A stretch of 64,000 bases of DNA. Source: Ministeria vibrans ATCC 50519 (Eukaryota; Protista; Filasterea). The stretch spans positions 38,103 to 102,102 of the forward strand of contig CALSCP010002457.1 of the NCBI GenBank assembly GCA_943704425.1. Reading direction: 5' to 3'. The translations under genes and the position numbers were made by a program. A model generated the notes under the pieces. That model was given only the letters and a program-made list of their open reading frames with translations, made no database searches and had not been told where the DNA came from. Shown here one piece after another: positions 25,901 to 41,721 of this stretch. Numbering within the stretch: the stretch's first letter is position 1; every line of letters starts with the position of its first letter.

Positions 25901-28900
25901 CAAGCAAAGCTGACGAGCGACACGCTCACTCGCGCTCACACCAAGGATGCCGTGTCGGGTTGTTCCACTTTGGGCTGGTCGTCGCGTCCTCATCGTTGTG
26001 CCCGCTGTCCCACCGGCTTTGCCGGTCCCCAGTGTGCCGACAAGGTGCATCACGAGAATGCCGAGCCCGCCTACCTGACGAGCGCTCTTATGGGCACGGC
26101 AGTTGCCGATGCGTCAACCAACTGGGAAGCGTGCACCGCTCACTGTAGCTCGCAAACTGGCTGCGTTGCCTTCACCTACCGCAACAACAAGTGCTACGTC
26201 ATGGCGGCGCTCGATGCCAAGGCCACCGAAACGTCCTTTTGGGCGCGTCCCGGCGTCACCTCGGGCTGCAGTGCCTACGGCTTCCAGCTCTACGGCAAGA
26301 TGTGCACCCGCAAACCGATCGTTGCCACGCGCTTCAAGAATGCCGTCTCAATTCGTGCCTCGACTCTCGGTGCAGCAAAGAGTTCGGTTGCGTGTGCCGA
26401 AGAGTGTGACCACGACACCGCCTGCCAAGCTTGGACATGGAACTCGAAAGCGTGCTACAAGGACACCAGCGCTGCCGCCAATTTACCCGCTTTCCAGCAA
26501 CTGGCGCCCGTCAAGACGCAAAAGGCGGAGCTCCTCGTCAACGGCACCTTTGTGTCCGTCATGCCCCACAGTGTCTCCCAAGTGGTTGGCTCGCCAACAG
26601 GTGTGGCTATTCTCAACCTCGATGGAACGGTCGCGACCGTGATGAACGGTGCAACGTCGGGCACACAAGTGTCGGGCCTCACCAACGTGGTTGCGCTTTT
26701 CTCGCATCCCCGCTACAACTACTTTGTCGCACTGCGTCCCGACAAGTCAGTGCGCGCGTGGGGCTCGGTGACTGTGCCGTGGACCACGGCCGACAAGGCG
26801 CTTGGAGTGTTCATGAGCAAGACATCGTTTGCCGTCATTGGCGATCACGGTGATGCCAACCGTGTGCGTGTCTTCAGTGGAACCACTGGTTCCGTCACGC
26901 ACTCCATTCCCCATGTGGTGCACATTGCGACCACCGATGACTCGTACACGGCTATCACGCTTTCGGGTGCCCTACATGTGTTTGGCGTGCTCTCCGCACC
27001 TTCCGGTCTCCCTGCAGTCGGCTTCAAGAAGGTCGTTGGCACCGACTCGGCATTCTGTGCGATGCACGGCGATGGTCGTGTCTTCGTGTTTGGCAGTGCC
27101 ACCCGCGGCGGTAAGCTGTCGGCGGACGCCACCGGAGGCCTGGCCAACCGTCGTGCAACGGATATTGTTGCGACCGCGGGAGCCTGTGCGGCGCTTTGCG
27201 ACGATGGGTCGGTGTACGCCTGGGGCGACGACACGCTCGGTGGTGCTGTGCCCGAATCCAAGATGATTCCGCTCAAGTCTCGCAATGTCAAGCTTCACGC
27301 CACCGAAGGCGCCTTTATTGTACTCAGCAGCGATGGACGCGTGACCGTGTGGGGCGACCAGGCCCATGGCGACCACGTCGAGACACTTGCTGCCAACCTT
27401 GCACGTGGCATCGAGGGCGTACTGACCACGTTCAATGGGTTTGCAGCGGTCACTGCCGCCGGTGGTGGCGCAAGCTATGTTGCCGCATCGGCGCTTGTCT
27501 CGAGCAGTGCCGTCGGTGAGATTGTGAGCTTTGCTTCCACCGACTCAAACGCCTACGGTGTGCTCCGTGACGGATCGCTCTGGGCAAGTGGCACTCGTCC
27601 CCCACCCAAAACAACACACGCTTCGCGAGTGGTCGCCTGGAACACGGGAGTGCTCGTTGTTTCGGACACGCACGTGTGCTATGACCCCACTGGCTCCGGA
27701 CTGCTTACCAACGGTCCGTGTGTCTCTGACTCTCACGTGTCATCGTGCAGTCAGCGCAGTACCGCCCCGTCATGCACGGCGGCTCCATGTCCGTTTGGCT
27801 CGGGTGGCGAAAAGTGTAGCGTCTCGCTTCTACGCGAAGGTCTCCTCTGGTACAAGGCCGGGACGGCGGCCGTTGCGGCGGTGGAAACTGCACAGGAGTG
27901 TGCAAGCAAGTGCGAAAAGACTGCGTCGTGTATGGGCTGGAGTTTCCTATCCGATCCCGGCAGTGGCCTTGAGGAGACGTGTCATCACCACACCGAAGTG
28001 ACGAGCGCGTGGAGTGCCGCAAACGGCTACACAGGTGTGGATGTGCTTGCCAATGGAGCTGCCGTGTCCGCATGTAGCTCCATGTGGCTTGCCAAGAAGG
28101 CGCTTACGCATGGCGCTGCGTCCTACAAGACGCGCCAGGCCTGGTGTGAAAAGACCAAGGTGACGTTGGTGGAGCACACGCTCAAGACGAGCACGGCCGT
28201 GTCTACGTCCCTCGTTGAGGAGTGCGTGTCACTCAGCGCACACGCGTGCGATCTCGGATGCAAGACGTCGGCCAGCTGCAAGGCGTGGACACATCGTGGC
28301 ACTGTCTGCCACATGTTCGGTGGATTCTCGCGCATTCTCTTTGACGACGGTCTGGGCGGCGAAGCCACCAGTGGTGTTCGTCAGGCGCTCGCGCCCAAGC
28401 GCGAGTGCCCCACGGGTCGAACAGGAACGCAGTGTGAGAAGCACTTTTTGCATCACCACACGGTATACCAGGCGGCGAGCGGTGCCGCACAGATTACCTC
28501 CAACACTGTGTCGGGCTCGGCGGCGTGTGCGGCCTCGTGCGAATCACACGCTCTTTGTGACTGGTGGACGCTTACAACGGCGAATTTGTGCGCTCTGTGG
28601 AAGGCCAACGGTGGTTCGTTCGTTGTTATGCACAACATCAACTACCGTTCGGCGTGCAGTCGTCGCTACCTCAACGGCGTGGACCTTGACCAGCGCATGT
28701 GCTGGCGCCAGGCTCCCACCCCTATTGTCCCGGTCGAGACCATGTGTGCTCTGCCCCGCGCGCGTGTCTGTGTCTACAACTGGTTCACCGGATCGCTGTT
28801 GTTGTGCGAGGTCACGGATGCGACGGGCAAGTATGAAATGCACGTGCCCATTGACCAGGCCGTCTTCTTTGTGGCGTCCTTTGGCAAGCACAAGATTGAA

Positions 28901-31900
28901 TTGGCTGCGCACGCTTCGGTTCTCTCGGGTGTTTTCCCCGGCTGTGCCTCCACCGTCACCACACAGAGGAAGTACTTTGTCCTGGGCGAAACTGGTTTGT
29001 TTGGTGTCAACTTTATCGATACGACCACCAACGATGTGACGATCACCCTTGCGGGTGGTGTGCCTCAGTGCAATGCCCCATTGGGCTCCGCCGAGTTCCT
29101 CGTGTTGCCTCGCTTTGCCTGCGATCAGGATGACCCGTTGACGCTGATGCATGTTGCTGATGGCACCGATGATGTGACCCACCGGTTCACTCTTCCGGCC
29201 ACTCTGGTAGACATCAAGTTGAACAAGGTGTACGAGCGACCCGAGGTGGCCCCCTACTTTGACCGCGTACAGTCTCGCATGCGCAACGGTGTTGACTTGC
29301 GCGAGTTTGACGAGGAGGACTGGGAGAAGAGTGTGACGATGGATTTGTCGTCGGGGGGCGGCGCAAGCCCGGGATCAGAGCTCAGCCTGAGCATGTGCGA
29401 CAAACCGGTCGATGACAAAACACCTCCGTCGGGACCCGTGAACAAGGCACAGATGGCGAAAATTCTGGCGGCCGAGGCCGAGGCCGAAAAGGCCGACGCA
29501 GAGCGCTACTACCGTTTCGAGTATCACACGCGCCCCAACCTCAATGTCGTACTCAAGGAACGCGTGGCGGGCGACGCCGAGTTCACGGAGGGTGACAGTG
29601 ACGTCAAGACAAGCTTTAATGCGAAGTGTGCGGCCGCCCAAAAGTCGTTCCCGGTCATTTTGGGCACCGGCTCGGGTGCGTCGGTGACGCCTGCGACTAC
29701 TGCAACCTTTACCATTACTGCCAGCGAGGACTACGGCGATGGCAACACATGTAACTTTGTGGATGGCAGTGTTCAGATTGTGAACCGCGTTGGCACAACA
29801 GAGACCGTGGTGTTCTCGGAGCACGACGCCTCAGGCGAGGCGCCCGCCTCGGAAGAGGATTCGAAGAAGGATGCAAGCCCGCAGCCGGCAGATGTGGCCG
29901 CGTGCGCCAAGCCTCCGGGGTGTACGGCGCGCCTTTCAGTGTCCAAGGCGGTCCGTGGTAGTCCCAAGCCTGACAACTACCTGTCGGTCCCGGAGATTGT
30001 GGTGACGACAATTGAAGCGGAGCCCGAGCGCAATGCGGCCGTCTCCGATCCCGATACACCTCACACCAAGTCTTTCTACGCGACAATGAATGTGCCTGGC
30101 TGGCAGACACTCTCGGATATCAACCACATTGAGATGAACATCGCCGTGCTCGGCTTGGTGCGTCTCAGTGCCTTCTTCTCGCTCACTCTGCCCGAGTACT
30201 TGCCCGTGATGATTCTTCGCGATCCTCCGGGTGGCGGCAGTTCTGCATCCATCTCTGGTGACAAGTCTGTTGCCTACGGTAATGGTGCATCCCTCGAGAT
30301 CAGTGGTGGTCTCGGTGTTCAAGGCGAAGTGGGCATCACTTCTGGAGAGACGGTAAGTTTATAATAATGCAATTTTAATAATAATAAAAAAATTATAATA
30401 ATTGTTCTCTAATTGCAGCTTACTCTGTGTGTGGGTCTTGGCGTTGCCGTCTGCAAGTCGGGCTTTGACTTGGATACTGAAGTGACACTGGGTCGTCGTG
30501 AGGCCGAGTTGAGGCGTCAGGCACGAAAGATCACGGCGTCATCAGTGAAGACCGGCAAGCAGGTCTTGAAAAAGATTCAGGCCGAGGACGAACCGGGCTC
30601 TATCTTTGGCGGTACTGAGCTTGGTTATGGCTTTAACCGTGCGACCACGGCTCCCACAAGCAACTGGGAGGAGACCCGCGAGCTGTCCTTTGGCTTTGCC
30701 GCTTCCACAAGCGGCGAGCCGCCGAATCCCGGTCGCGGCTCTGACATGTACCTGGTACCGTCGTTGTCGGTGAAGCTCACGCGAAGCCTCGACATCAAGT
30801 ACAACGTCGATGACTGTGCAGTCGAGGCGGCGCCCGTCGTCGACCTGGATCCCAATGGAAAGAAAGTGCTGGCGTGGCAGACGGAGAATGACATTCGCTA
30901 CCGTCTGTTGACCGACCTGCTTGCACAGCTTGCGGTCGAGATCAAGAAGGATTTTGACTATGAGGCACGCCTTAACCTTATGAATGCCATTAACGGTTGG
31001 GTGAGCATGCTTGCGTACAACGGCGCGGTGCACCACGCCGCCGCCCAGAAGGGTTCTGAGTGGGCGGAGTTTGAGGAAGAAATCAAGGTGGACAAGTCGA
31101 GCATGACGCTGAGCGATAGCGGTGTGGCACTTGATGTGCTCTTCTCCGACCACGAGCTTAGCATGTCTTCACGGAAGTTGCTGAAGTACAGCAATGCGGC
31201 CAAGGCGTACATCGAGGCACTGAAGGCGTGGGGTACCCAGAATTCGAAAATGTTTGGCGCGGAGCAGGAGGACGAGAAGCGACCTGGCCTGCCGCCCATT
31301 AACACGCTGCGCATGCAGAGTGGCGTGAAGAAGTTTGAAGGTGACGAGGCGGTGGCGTACGAGGATGCACAAGGCCTGTCGCCCGATGGCTGGACGAAGA
31401 ACGCTGGTGAGGGTGTCGATGCGGCATCGCTGGATGCTCATGACTGGGTGGAAGAAGAGAAGGATATCTTGGAGGCGGCGACGCCAAACCGGCGTGAGGC
31501 TCCTTCTCTGAGCGACTACCATGGCGTGAGTTTCTCCGGTGGTGGTCAGACTATTTCGTACACGGTTGGTGGCTCGTACTCGAAGGAGAATTCCAAGAGT
31601 GAGACGTGGGAGCACACCATCACGCTGCCGACGCTCAAGTTTCACTTCGAGCTGCAGGTGGGTGCCGGTCTCGACCTGGACATTTCCATTCCGTCCGAGC
31701 TCAAGTTTGTGCACGGCACGTCGTCCTCGTCGGCGGTTGGAACGTCGAATGAGGTGTCGTTTGAGTTGAGCGACGGTGATGCCCTCGACGAGTTCAACGT
31801 GCTCATCTTCTGGGACCCCATGTTTGGCACGCCCGTCTTCCACACCATCAGTGGTCGCTCCATGTGCGTGCACGAGAAGAACACAGCGGCTCGCGAGGGT

Positions 31901-33715
31901 GCTCGCATCCAGCTGGTGTCGTGGCCCACGGGTCCCGTCATGCCCGGCGAGACGGCCATCTTTGAGATTTTGCTGATTCAGGACTCGTCGACGGGCGAGT
32001 CGTCCATTTACGAGTTGGACATGCCCTCAGACTACAACCCTTACAACTTGGTACCGCTCGTGGACGGTGACACTCTCATTGCTCCGCTGGTCTTCAACGA
32101 CTTCCCATCGGGCTCCAAGCGCATGACGCTGAACATTGACGCGGGTCCCGAACTCTCCAAGTACCCGCCCTTCCGTCTTAAGTTTGGCTCGGCGTGCGAG
32201 CGCGAGATGTATTTTGCCGGTGCGACGTCACCCGACTACTCGATCATTGAGGGTGTCATTGACATCCCTGTCGAGTGGCTCGAGGCGTGCCCGGCTGTGT
32301 CGTTTGCCGGCGAGCTTGTCGAAGAGGGCTCCTTTGTCGTGAACGCGGCGACGCGCAAGAATGGCGACTGGCAGGGCAAGCACAAGGATCAGCTGCGCGT
32401 TGTGGCTCAGAATCCTGCAGTGGTGGACCAGTCGTGGAAGACGGACGGCCGTCTGCTTGCAGTGGACCTTGAGTACCGCAAGGAGGGCACGTCGACGTGG
32501 AAGAAGGCAACGTTCAAGCAGAGCGACGAGACGCTGGAGGCGCCCGAAAAGGGTGGTCTACAGACACTCGAGAGCAGCTTTGGCTACGCCACCGTGTACT
32601 GGAACGTGGCCACGGTGCCCGATGGTGCCTACGAGCTGCGTCTGCACACGACGTGCTCGGCCGCGAGCATGGAGAACCCGCCGCCGACCATCAACGAGCA
32701 GTTCTCGGCCATTCTCAAGGGTGTGCTCGACCGCGAGGCGCCCCAGGTATTTGGTCGATTTGCCCAGCCGGCGAGTGGTGTGTACAAGCCCGGCAGTTCC
32801 ATCTCGGTGACCTTTACCGAGCGCATTGACTGCCAGCAGCCGTCGTCGTACGAGGTGCGTGCCACCGTGACGCCTCCCGGCAAGTCGGCCATTACACTGA
32901 GCACTTTGGGTGTCAACGAGCTTCAAGTGATCTGCTCGGGCCACTCGATCCACATCGAGTTTGGCGTGGCGGTGCCGTGGGACACGCTCGAGGGAGCCAA
33001 CGTGGCCATGAGCGTGATCAATGTTCGCGATGTGGCCGGCAACGTGAAGGAGACAGCGTCGCAATGGCAGTTTACGCTTGAGGGAATTGACGTGAACAAG
33101 GCCAAGGCGTCGGTGACACACGTGAAGCTGTCGCGTCGTCTAGACTCTACTGTCATCGACGAGGAGGCCAAGGAGCACTGTGCAGCCGCTGTCCGTAGCG
33201 AGCTCGAGCGCATGCTCGGCGTGCGTGGTGGCCGTGTGTCGGTCCGTGTGGAGACTGTGACGCGTGAGAACGAGCCTATTGTGTCGATTGACATTGGGGC
33301 TCCGCAGGGCGTCCACGAAGCGTCCACCGCCGCGCTGTTGGGTAAGCTCAACACCATGCTGTGGCAGGGCGAGAAGGATTTCGGGAAGAGCAACTCGACA
33401 CGCCCACTGAGTGCCAACCTGGAGCATGCTGGCTACGACTGGCTGTCGCGTGTGAACACAGCCGTGCGCTCGCGTGTGCAGCTCATGTCAGAAGGAGCGG
33501 GTGCTCCTTTGTCGGGCGGCAGCGAGGGTAGCTCAAGTGGATCGTTGAGCAACCGCAACACATTGATTCTGGTCGGCGTGCTCGTGGCGGGCGTGCTCCT
33601 CGTTGTGCTGCACAGTCGCTACCAGTCTCGTCGCCAAGCCAAGCTGGTCCTTGCTGCCCTTGGCTCCCCCAAGGGTTCTGAGTCGGTCGCTCTGCTTGCC
33701 GAGAGCGTTCTCTAA
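22954..33715 (+). CDS. Giant (~3,400 aa) single-pass surface protein: Cys-rich repeats, FN3-like, PAN/apple + EGF-like, RCC1/BLIP-II-like repeats, large beta-rich C-terminal region, TM helix; 5' end uncertain
   Basis: In-frame exons 22954-23001, 23059-23213, 23273-23420, 23479-23685, 23761-24601, 24855-30352 and 30419-33715. Motifs: CPVGYYCPG repeats, CxxxCxxxxxCxAWT/SY PAN motifs, CPTGFAGPQC EGF, AALCDDGSVYAWGD repeats, and TM TLILVGVLVAGVLLVVLH followed by a short tail. Confidence 0.85.
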
Positions 33716-34273
33716 AGCGAGCGCTCATCAGATAGAGAGAGAGAAAAATTAAAAAAGGAGAGAAATAAAACAGAATGAAAACATCCTGTTTTGGAATAGA
33801 TCAACCCCCTCCGACAGCGCGCCTTCAATTCAGACTTAGGAAGAATGCCGGGTGAATAAATTTGATTTGATCCAAGTGGAGTATAGCGGAGCCGGACACT
33901 TGAAATAGTGTATGGAACGTGATCCAAATTATAAATAATTCGAAGAAGAATAATAATATTCATGATACAGTCACCAGATCTACTACAAACGCACAGGTGC
34001 AATCGCTATCCAGTGAGGTAATCGCAATAATTCGAAGAAGAATTCAACTTATACCACTTTCTTTTAGCAGTCTGGACAGTGGTATCATCTATCATGATAA
34101 GGATAAACAATTGAACAGTATGAGTGGGGCAGTTGCGTGCTCGGACGTATCAATTTTTGAGACGTCGGAGGAGACAGCCGACTTAGTGTCCAATATTCAT
34201 CAAAAACTATTAAAAAATAATCACTTTTTTTTATTCAATTAATCCAACCTAAAACGCAATACCAACATCAACC

Positions 34274-35220
34274 ATGGCCACGACACAAAACTACGTTCCC
34301 GGTACAGGAGCCACCAACCCGAAGAGCGCAAGTCAGAGCGCAGCAGCGACGGACGGACACAGTGTGACGAGACGTTTGCAACAGGAGTTGATGGCACTCA
34401 TGATGGGCGGCGACGCCGGCATCTCTGCATTCCCCAATGGCGATAACTTGTTCTTGTGGGTTGGCAGTATTGTTGGAGGCGAAGGCACAGTAAGAGTTTG
34501 CTTTGGCTCGTTTTTTGTTTTTTTTTTTTTTTCATCTTTTCAGTCATTGTTTGCGCGTACGCTATTGCCACATACAGCGACTATTTCAGAGCTTGATGCC
34601 ACGTTTATGACATTTATTAATGTATTATACGTGCCATGCACGGCGCAAATGTTCTTCTATATCCCTTGCTGGCGAGCAGGGGCAACCCTTTTTTTATTAC
34701 GTCAAGTTTGTTAGTCACTGTGTGAAACGACGAGTTTCAGTATCCGTTTTTGACGCCAGTGCAGTCACAAATGCCATCTAATTGTAGTTATTATTTGAAT
34801 GACGGGGTGTGATGAGAGTTTTATTGCTGAGGGGAAGAGGACGCAGACGAAAACGTCGAAAAAGTTCACGTAATAATTTTATTGTTACTTTAGGTGTACG
34901 AAGGACTCAAGTACAAGTTATCGCTTACATTCCCGAGTAACTACCCTTACTCGGCGCCCACCGTGAAGTTTGAGACGCCGTGCTACCATCCAAACGTGGA
35001 TGAGCATGGAAATATTTGCCTTGACATTTTGAAGGAAAAATGGACAGCTCTGTATGACGTGCGGACGGTGCTGCTGTCGATCCAATCGCTTCTTGGCGAG
35101 CCCAACAATGACAGTCCGTTGAACGGAAACGCTGCGTCGATGTGGGCTGATCAGGTCGCCTACAAGACTGTGTTGCTGCAGAAATATCAGGAGGCAACGA
35201 AGAACGCGCCAGTCTCGTAA
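34274..35220 (+). CDS. UBE2C: Ubiquitin-conjugating enzyme E2 C (APC/C E2)
   Basis: Exons 34274-34489 and 34894-35220. [59 protein letters not shown]. Confidence 0.95.
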
Positions 35221-35423
35221 CCACCGAGAGAAAGAGAGAACAAACCAAACAAACATGGTTTTGCTTGAAAGAGAGCGAGAGAGAGAAAGAGTGTGTGTGT
35301 ATCTGTAATTGAGACGTTGGATAGCGTGCCATACATTATAAACTTCGATAATACTTGATGAAGGAAGAAAAAGGAGAACACATTTATTATATCAATCACA
35401 AACAAAAAGCAACAACACAAATA

Positions 35424-37454
35424 TTAATTGAGCCACGGGGTCATTGTGTCGTTAAAGTAAGAGGGGTTAGAGCGAGGATCAATCTTGCGCAGGGCGGGGG
35501 TCTCCAGCTGACTGCGCAGCGCACTCTGTTGGTACGTCTCAAGCAGCTGCTTGAGCTCACTTACTCGGTTTGGATGCTGTGAAGAAATGTCGGTGCGCTC
35601 CGTAGGATCATCGTCGAGATTGAACAGAGCAATGCCCTGGTGAGGGTGCGCCGGCATGGGACACGCGTTGCACGTGCAGTTCTTCGCATTGGGAGTTTCC
35701 ACTCGAAGCGTGTGCTGCCCCTTCCCTTCCACTTCTGTCTCGTTCCGCCCGCACCAGCCGTGTGGGGCCCCACCGTCACCCACCACTAGCTTCCACGGGC
35801 CCCTGCGCACTGCCGCATATCCACCGAACCATGAGTCATCCGTCACATTGTCCAGGTTGTACAGCAGCGTGTCGCGCAAGGACGCACTGCCCTGCGCAAT
35901 GCCCTTCCACGCACTCACTCCATCCGCATCCACGCCCAACTCCCGCTTCTTCGGCTGCGCCGTTTGAGTCACATTGGCTGCGTCACTCAGCGTCGCCAGC
36001 ACATCCACCATGTGAATCAGCCCCGTGTAAGTTGTGCCCTTCACTGCCTCGCTTAGTCCATATCCGTGTGCAAACGCAGTCAGACGAGTTCCACCCTCCC
36101 ACACCGTGTCTGTAGGAAGGGAGGGGGAGAGGAACGCGTGAGTATACACAATGTGTGATCTTTGTTACATACGCTTTCCGCCTCTAAGAGGATAGTTTGA
36201 CGCGGCACTCTCAACAGGACCACCTAATAGAGAAAATACAAAAAAATTAAGTTACATATAGACAAAGTGACAGAGAGAGAGAAAGAGAAAGAGAGAGGAG
36301 AGAGGGAGGGAGAAAGAACAAAGTGATAGAAAGAGAGAGATCTCTCTCGCACACGCACAAATATAGACACACAATCACACAACGTTCTCTCCCATTCAAA
36401 CTTTCTCGTAAGAAGAGTGAATATATACCATTGTCAGAGAGAAAAAGGGTGAAGAGCGAGTCAGCAAGGCCCGTCTGGCGCAGGGTCGCCGTGACGTTGG
36501 CGACTGCCTCATCGAGCACCGAGATCATTGCCGCCTTCATCTTGCGATTCTTCTCGCTGATCCGCCCGTCGTACATGTCTTGGAAGCGCTTTGGTGCTTC
36601 AAGAGGAGCGTGAACGCTTTGCATCGAGAGATAAAGAAACAGCTACGTAGTAGTGGGGGGAGGAGGGCAGAGATGAGAATGCATCCATGGGCTCTCCTTG
36701 AGGTTAAACTACCGGTTGGTCTGGGGACTGCATTGCGTGTTGCTTGATGATTGCCTGTGCGCGTTCAACGTAGAGAAAGGCACTATAGGTGCCTTGCGAG
36801 CCCCAGAGCGGGTCGTGGTTGAAGCGGAAGTCAAGGGCGCCTCCTGATTGGTGGGTGTAGTAGTCTTCGCCACCACCAAGATAGCCGTAGAAGGAGTCGA
36901 AGCCGCGTCCAAGCGGAGTCATCTCCCACGACGCGTAACCTAGATGCCACTTTCCAACCATGTGCGTGGCATAGCCGGCGCCCTTGAGCGTGTCTGCAAC
37001 GGTCGTCTTGTCGAGCGGCACTGAGTGGTTCTGACCCGCGCCGTACACATGATGCTGTGTGCCCAGATGCGACGGATAGAAGCCCGTCAGGAGCGACGAC
37101 CGCGAGGGCGTGCATTGCGGACCCCCGTAAAACGCATCGAGGACGACCCCTTCGCGTGCAAGACGGTCAATTTCGGGTGTGAGCACCGCTGCAAAAATAA
37201 TTACACAAAACAAAACAAACAAAATATTCATTGTCTCACAACAATGAATATTACAATGATACGCATCACGCGTTTCCGCACCACTCGTCCCTCGAAACTG
37301 CACATCATTGAATCCCAAGTCGTCGGCGACAAGCAGCAAGCTGAGAAGAAGATGTTGTCAGAGCGAAAGTTGCCTTGCGTTGCACAACGCACATGTGTGG
37401 CCGCTTGCCAGACGCACCGAGACCAGCCGAAAGCACTAATGCAGTCAATATCAT
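35424..37454 (-). CDS. Arylsulfatase (ARSB-like), secreted/lysosomal, multi-exon
   Basis: Signal-like N-terminus MILTALVLSAGLG. Motifs ADDLG, CTPSRSSLLTG (formylglycine motif), VGKWHLG, SVHAPL, SDNG, WEGG, LFNLDDDPTE. Confidence 0.93.
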
Positions 37455-37550
37455 ACACACACGCATGGCTACCAAAAGAAGTAAGTTTCAATATGAGTTC
37501 CCGATCAGTGATTAAATTCTCATTCTTTTTTTTTTCGGACACATCCAAGC

Positions 37551-38521
37551 ATGGCATCTGCCGAGGAGATTGCGGCCCAGTGGCTGTCTGCAGTGACTCC
37601 TGCTGACGACGCGTCGGCTCAGGGGGACGCAGTGCTGCCGCCAGCCCGTCGGACACGGCTGTACGTGGCTCAGAACAGCGCAAGTGGTGAGAGGCACTCA
37701 AACGTGTGTGTAGGGCTGGCCCTGGAGCGCCCACTGCGGCGCCCGTCGGGCCTACCGAGGCCAAGATTCGCTCGGAACTTGCACGGGATCGAGGGCGCAA
37801 ACGAAAAGACGAAATGGATGGGATTGCGGGGGTGGGAGGGCGCGAGGAGAGAGGCGACGGCGACGACGACGATGACCACGACGCCGACGAGGATGACGAC
37901 GACGAGGAGGAGAGCCGCGCTGGGGCGATTGGCCCCCGGAAACGTCGGAAGCTTGCCGAGGACTTGCTGTTGATTGGGAAGAAGAAGCGCGCGGCGGAAG
38001 CAGCGGCTGCGGCGGATGCAGTGGCGACAGTGCAGTCGATGAAGGGCAAGAAGACGAAGAAGAAGACGGCGACGACCAAGAGCACGCTCGAGGAACAGTC
38101 TGTGAAGGCCGCTGTTGAGGATGGTAACAGCCACAACGACGATGGTGATGATGATGAAGGTGCTTTTACCACCAACTGGGACGATGGCGGGGCACAGCGA
38201 GCGCCGCTTCTCGCGAAGAAAACAACGCGCGCAGACGCAGCAGATCCGATGGTCAACCCCTTTGAAACACACCACATTGCACCGGAAGGAGAACAAGACG
38301 AAAAAGAAGGGGAAGGGGAAGGGGCACAGGAGAGCAGAAGCAAGACGACAAAGGCAAAAGGACCGCCGCAGCAGAAGAAGAAGAAGCGACGGAGTCGTCA
38401 GAAGAACTTGAAGCGCGATACTCGACCCGACGGACAGAAACCAACGTACCTGACACCCGGCGCACCTGACTACGCAGTGGGCCAGCCCCGGCCACGCCCC
38501 AAGCACCACTTGAAGGCTTGA
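37551..38521 (+). CDS. Hypothetical charged, probably nuclear/nucleolar protein (2 exons)
   Basis: Exon 1 (MASAEEIAAQWL..RRTRL) splices at gtacgt/tag in frame to ORF 37706..38521. Acidic and basic tracts, ending near KKRRSRQKNLKRDTRP. Confidence 0.7.
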
Positions 38522-38619
38522 TGCACTGGCCATGTCTGGCTGTTTGAATGTGTGTGCGCGTGTATGATGTGAGTACGTGTGTTTTGTACAGGATTAACGA
38601 GTGGCTTGTGTGTATTCAG

Positions 38620-41634
<3,015 letters not shown>

Positions 41635-41642
41635 NNNNNNNN
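41635..41642. other. Assembly gap between two divergent, 5'-truncated genes
   Basis: A run of N flanked by (GA)n and poly-T. Both neighbouring genes begin with acceptor sites and lack start exons. Confidence 0.9.
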
Positions 41643-41721
41643 TTTTTCTTCTTTTTTTTTTTTCTTTTTTTTCTTCTTTGTTTGAAATGTCCTTTTTTTT
41701 TTTTTTCTTCTGCGTTTGTAG

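Noticed and set aside
33826-33838. AATTCAGACT resembling RNase P RNA CR-V
   Set aside because: No matching CR-I or P4 partner upstream; that region is coding sequence.
33934-34044. 18-nt direct repeat AATAATTCGAAGAAGAAT, two copies ~93 nt apart
   Set aside because: AT-rich intergenic duplication with no terminal inverted repeats, ORF or other element hallmarks.
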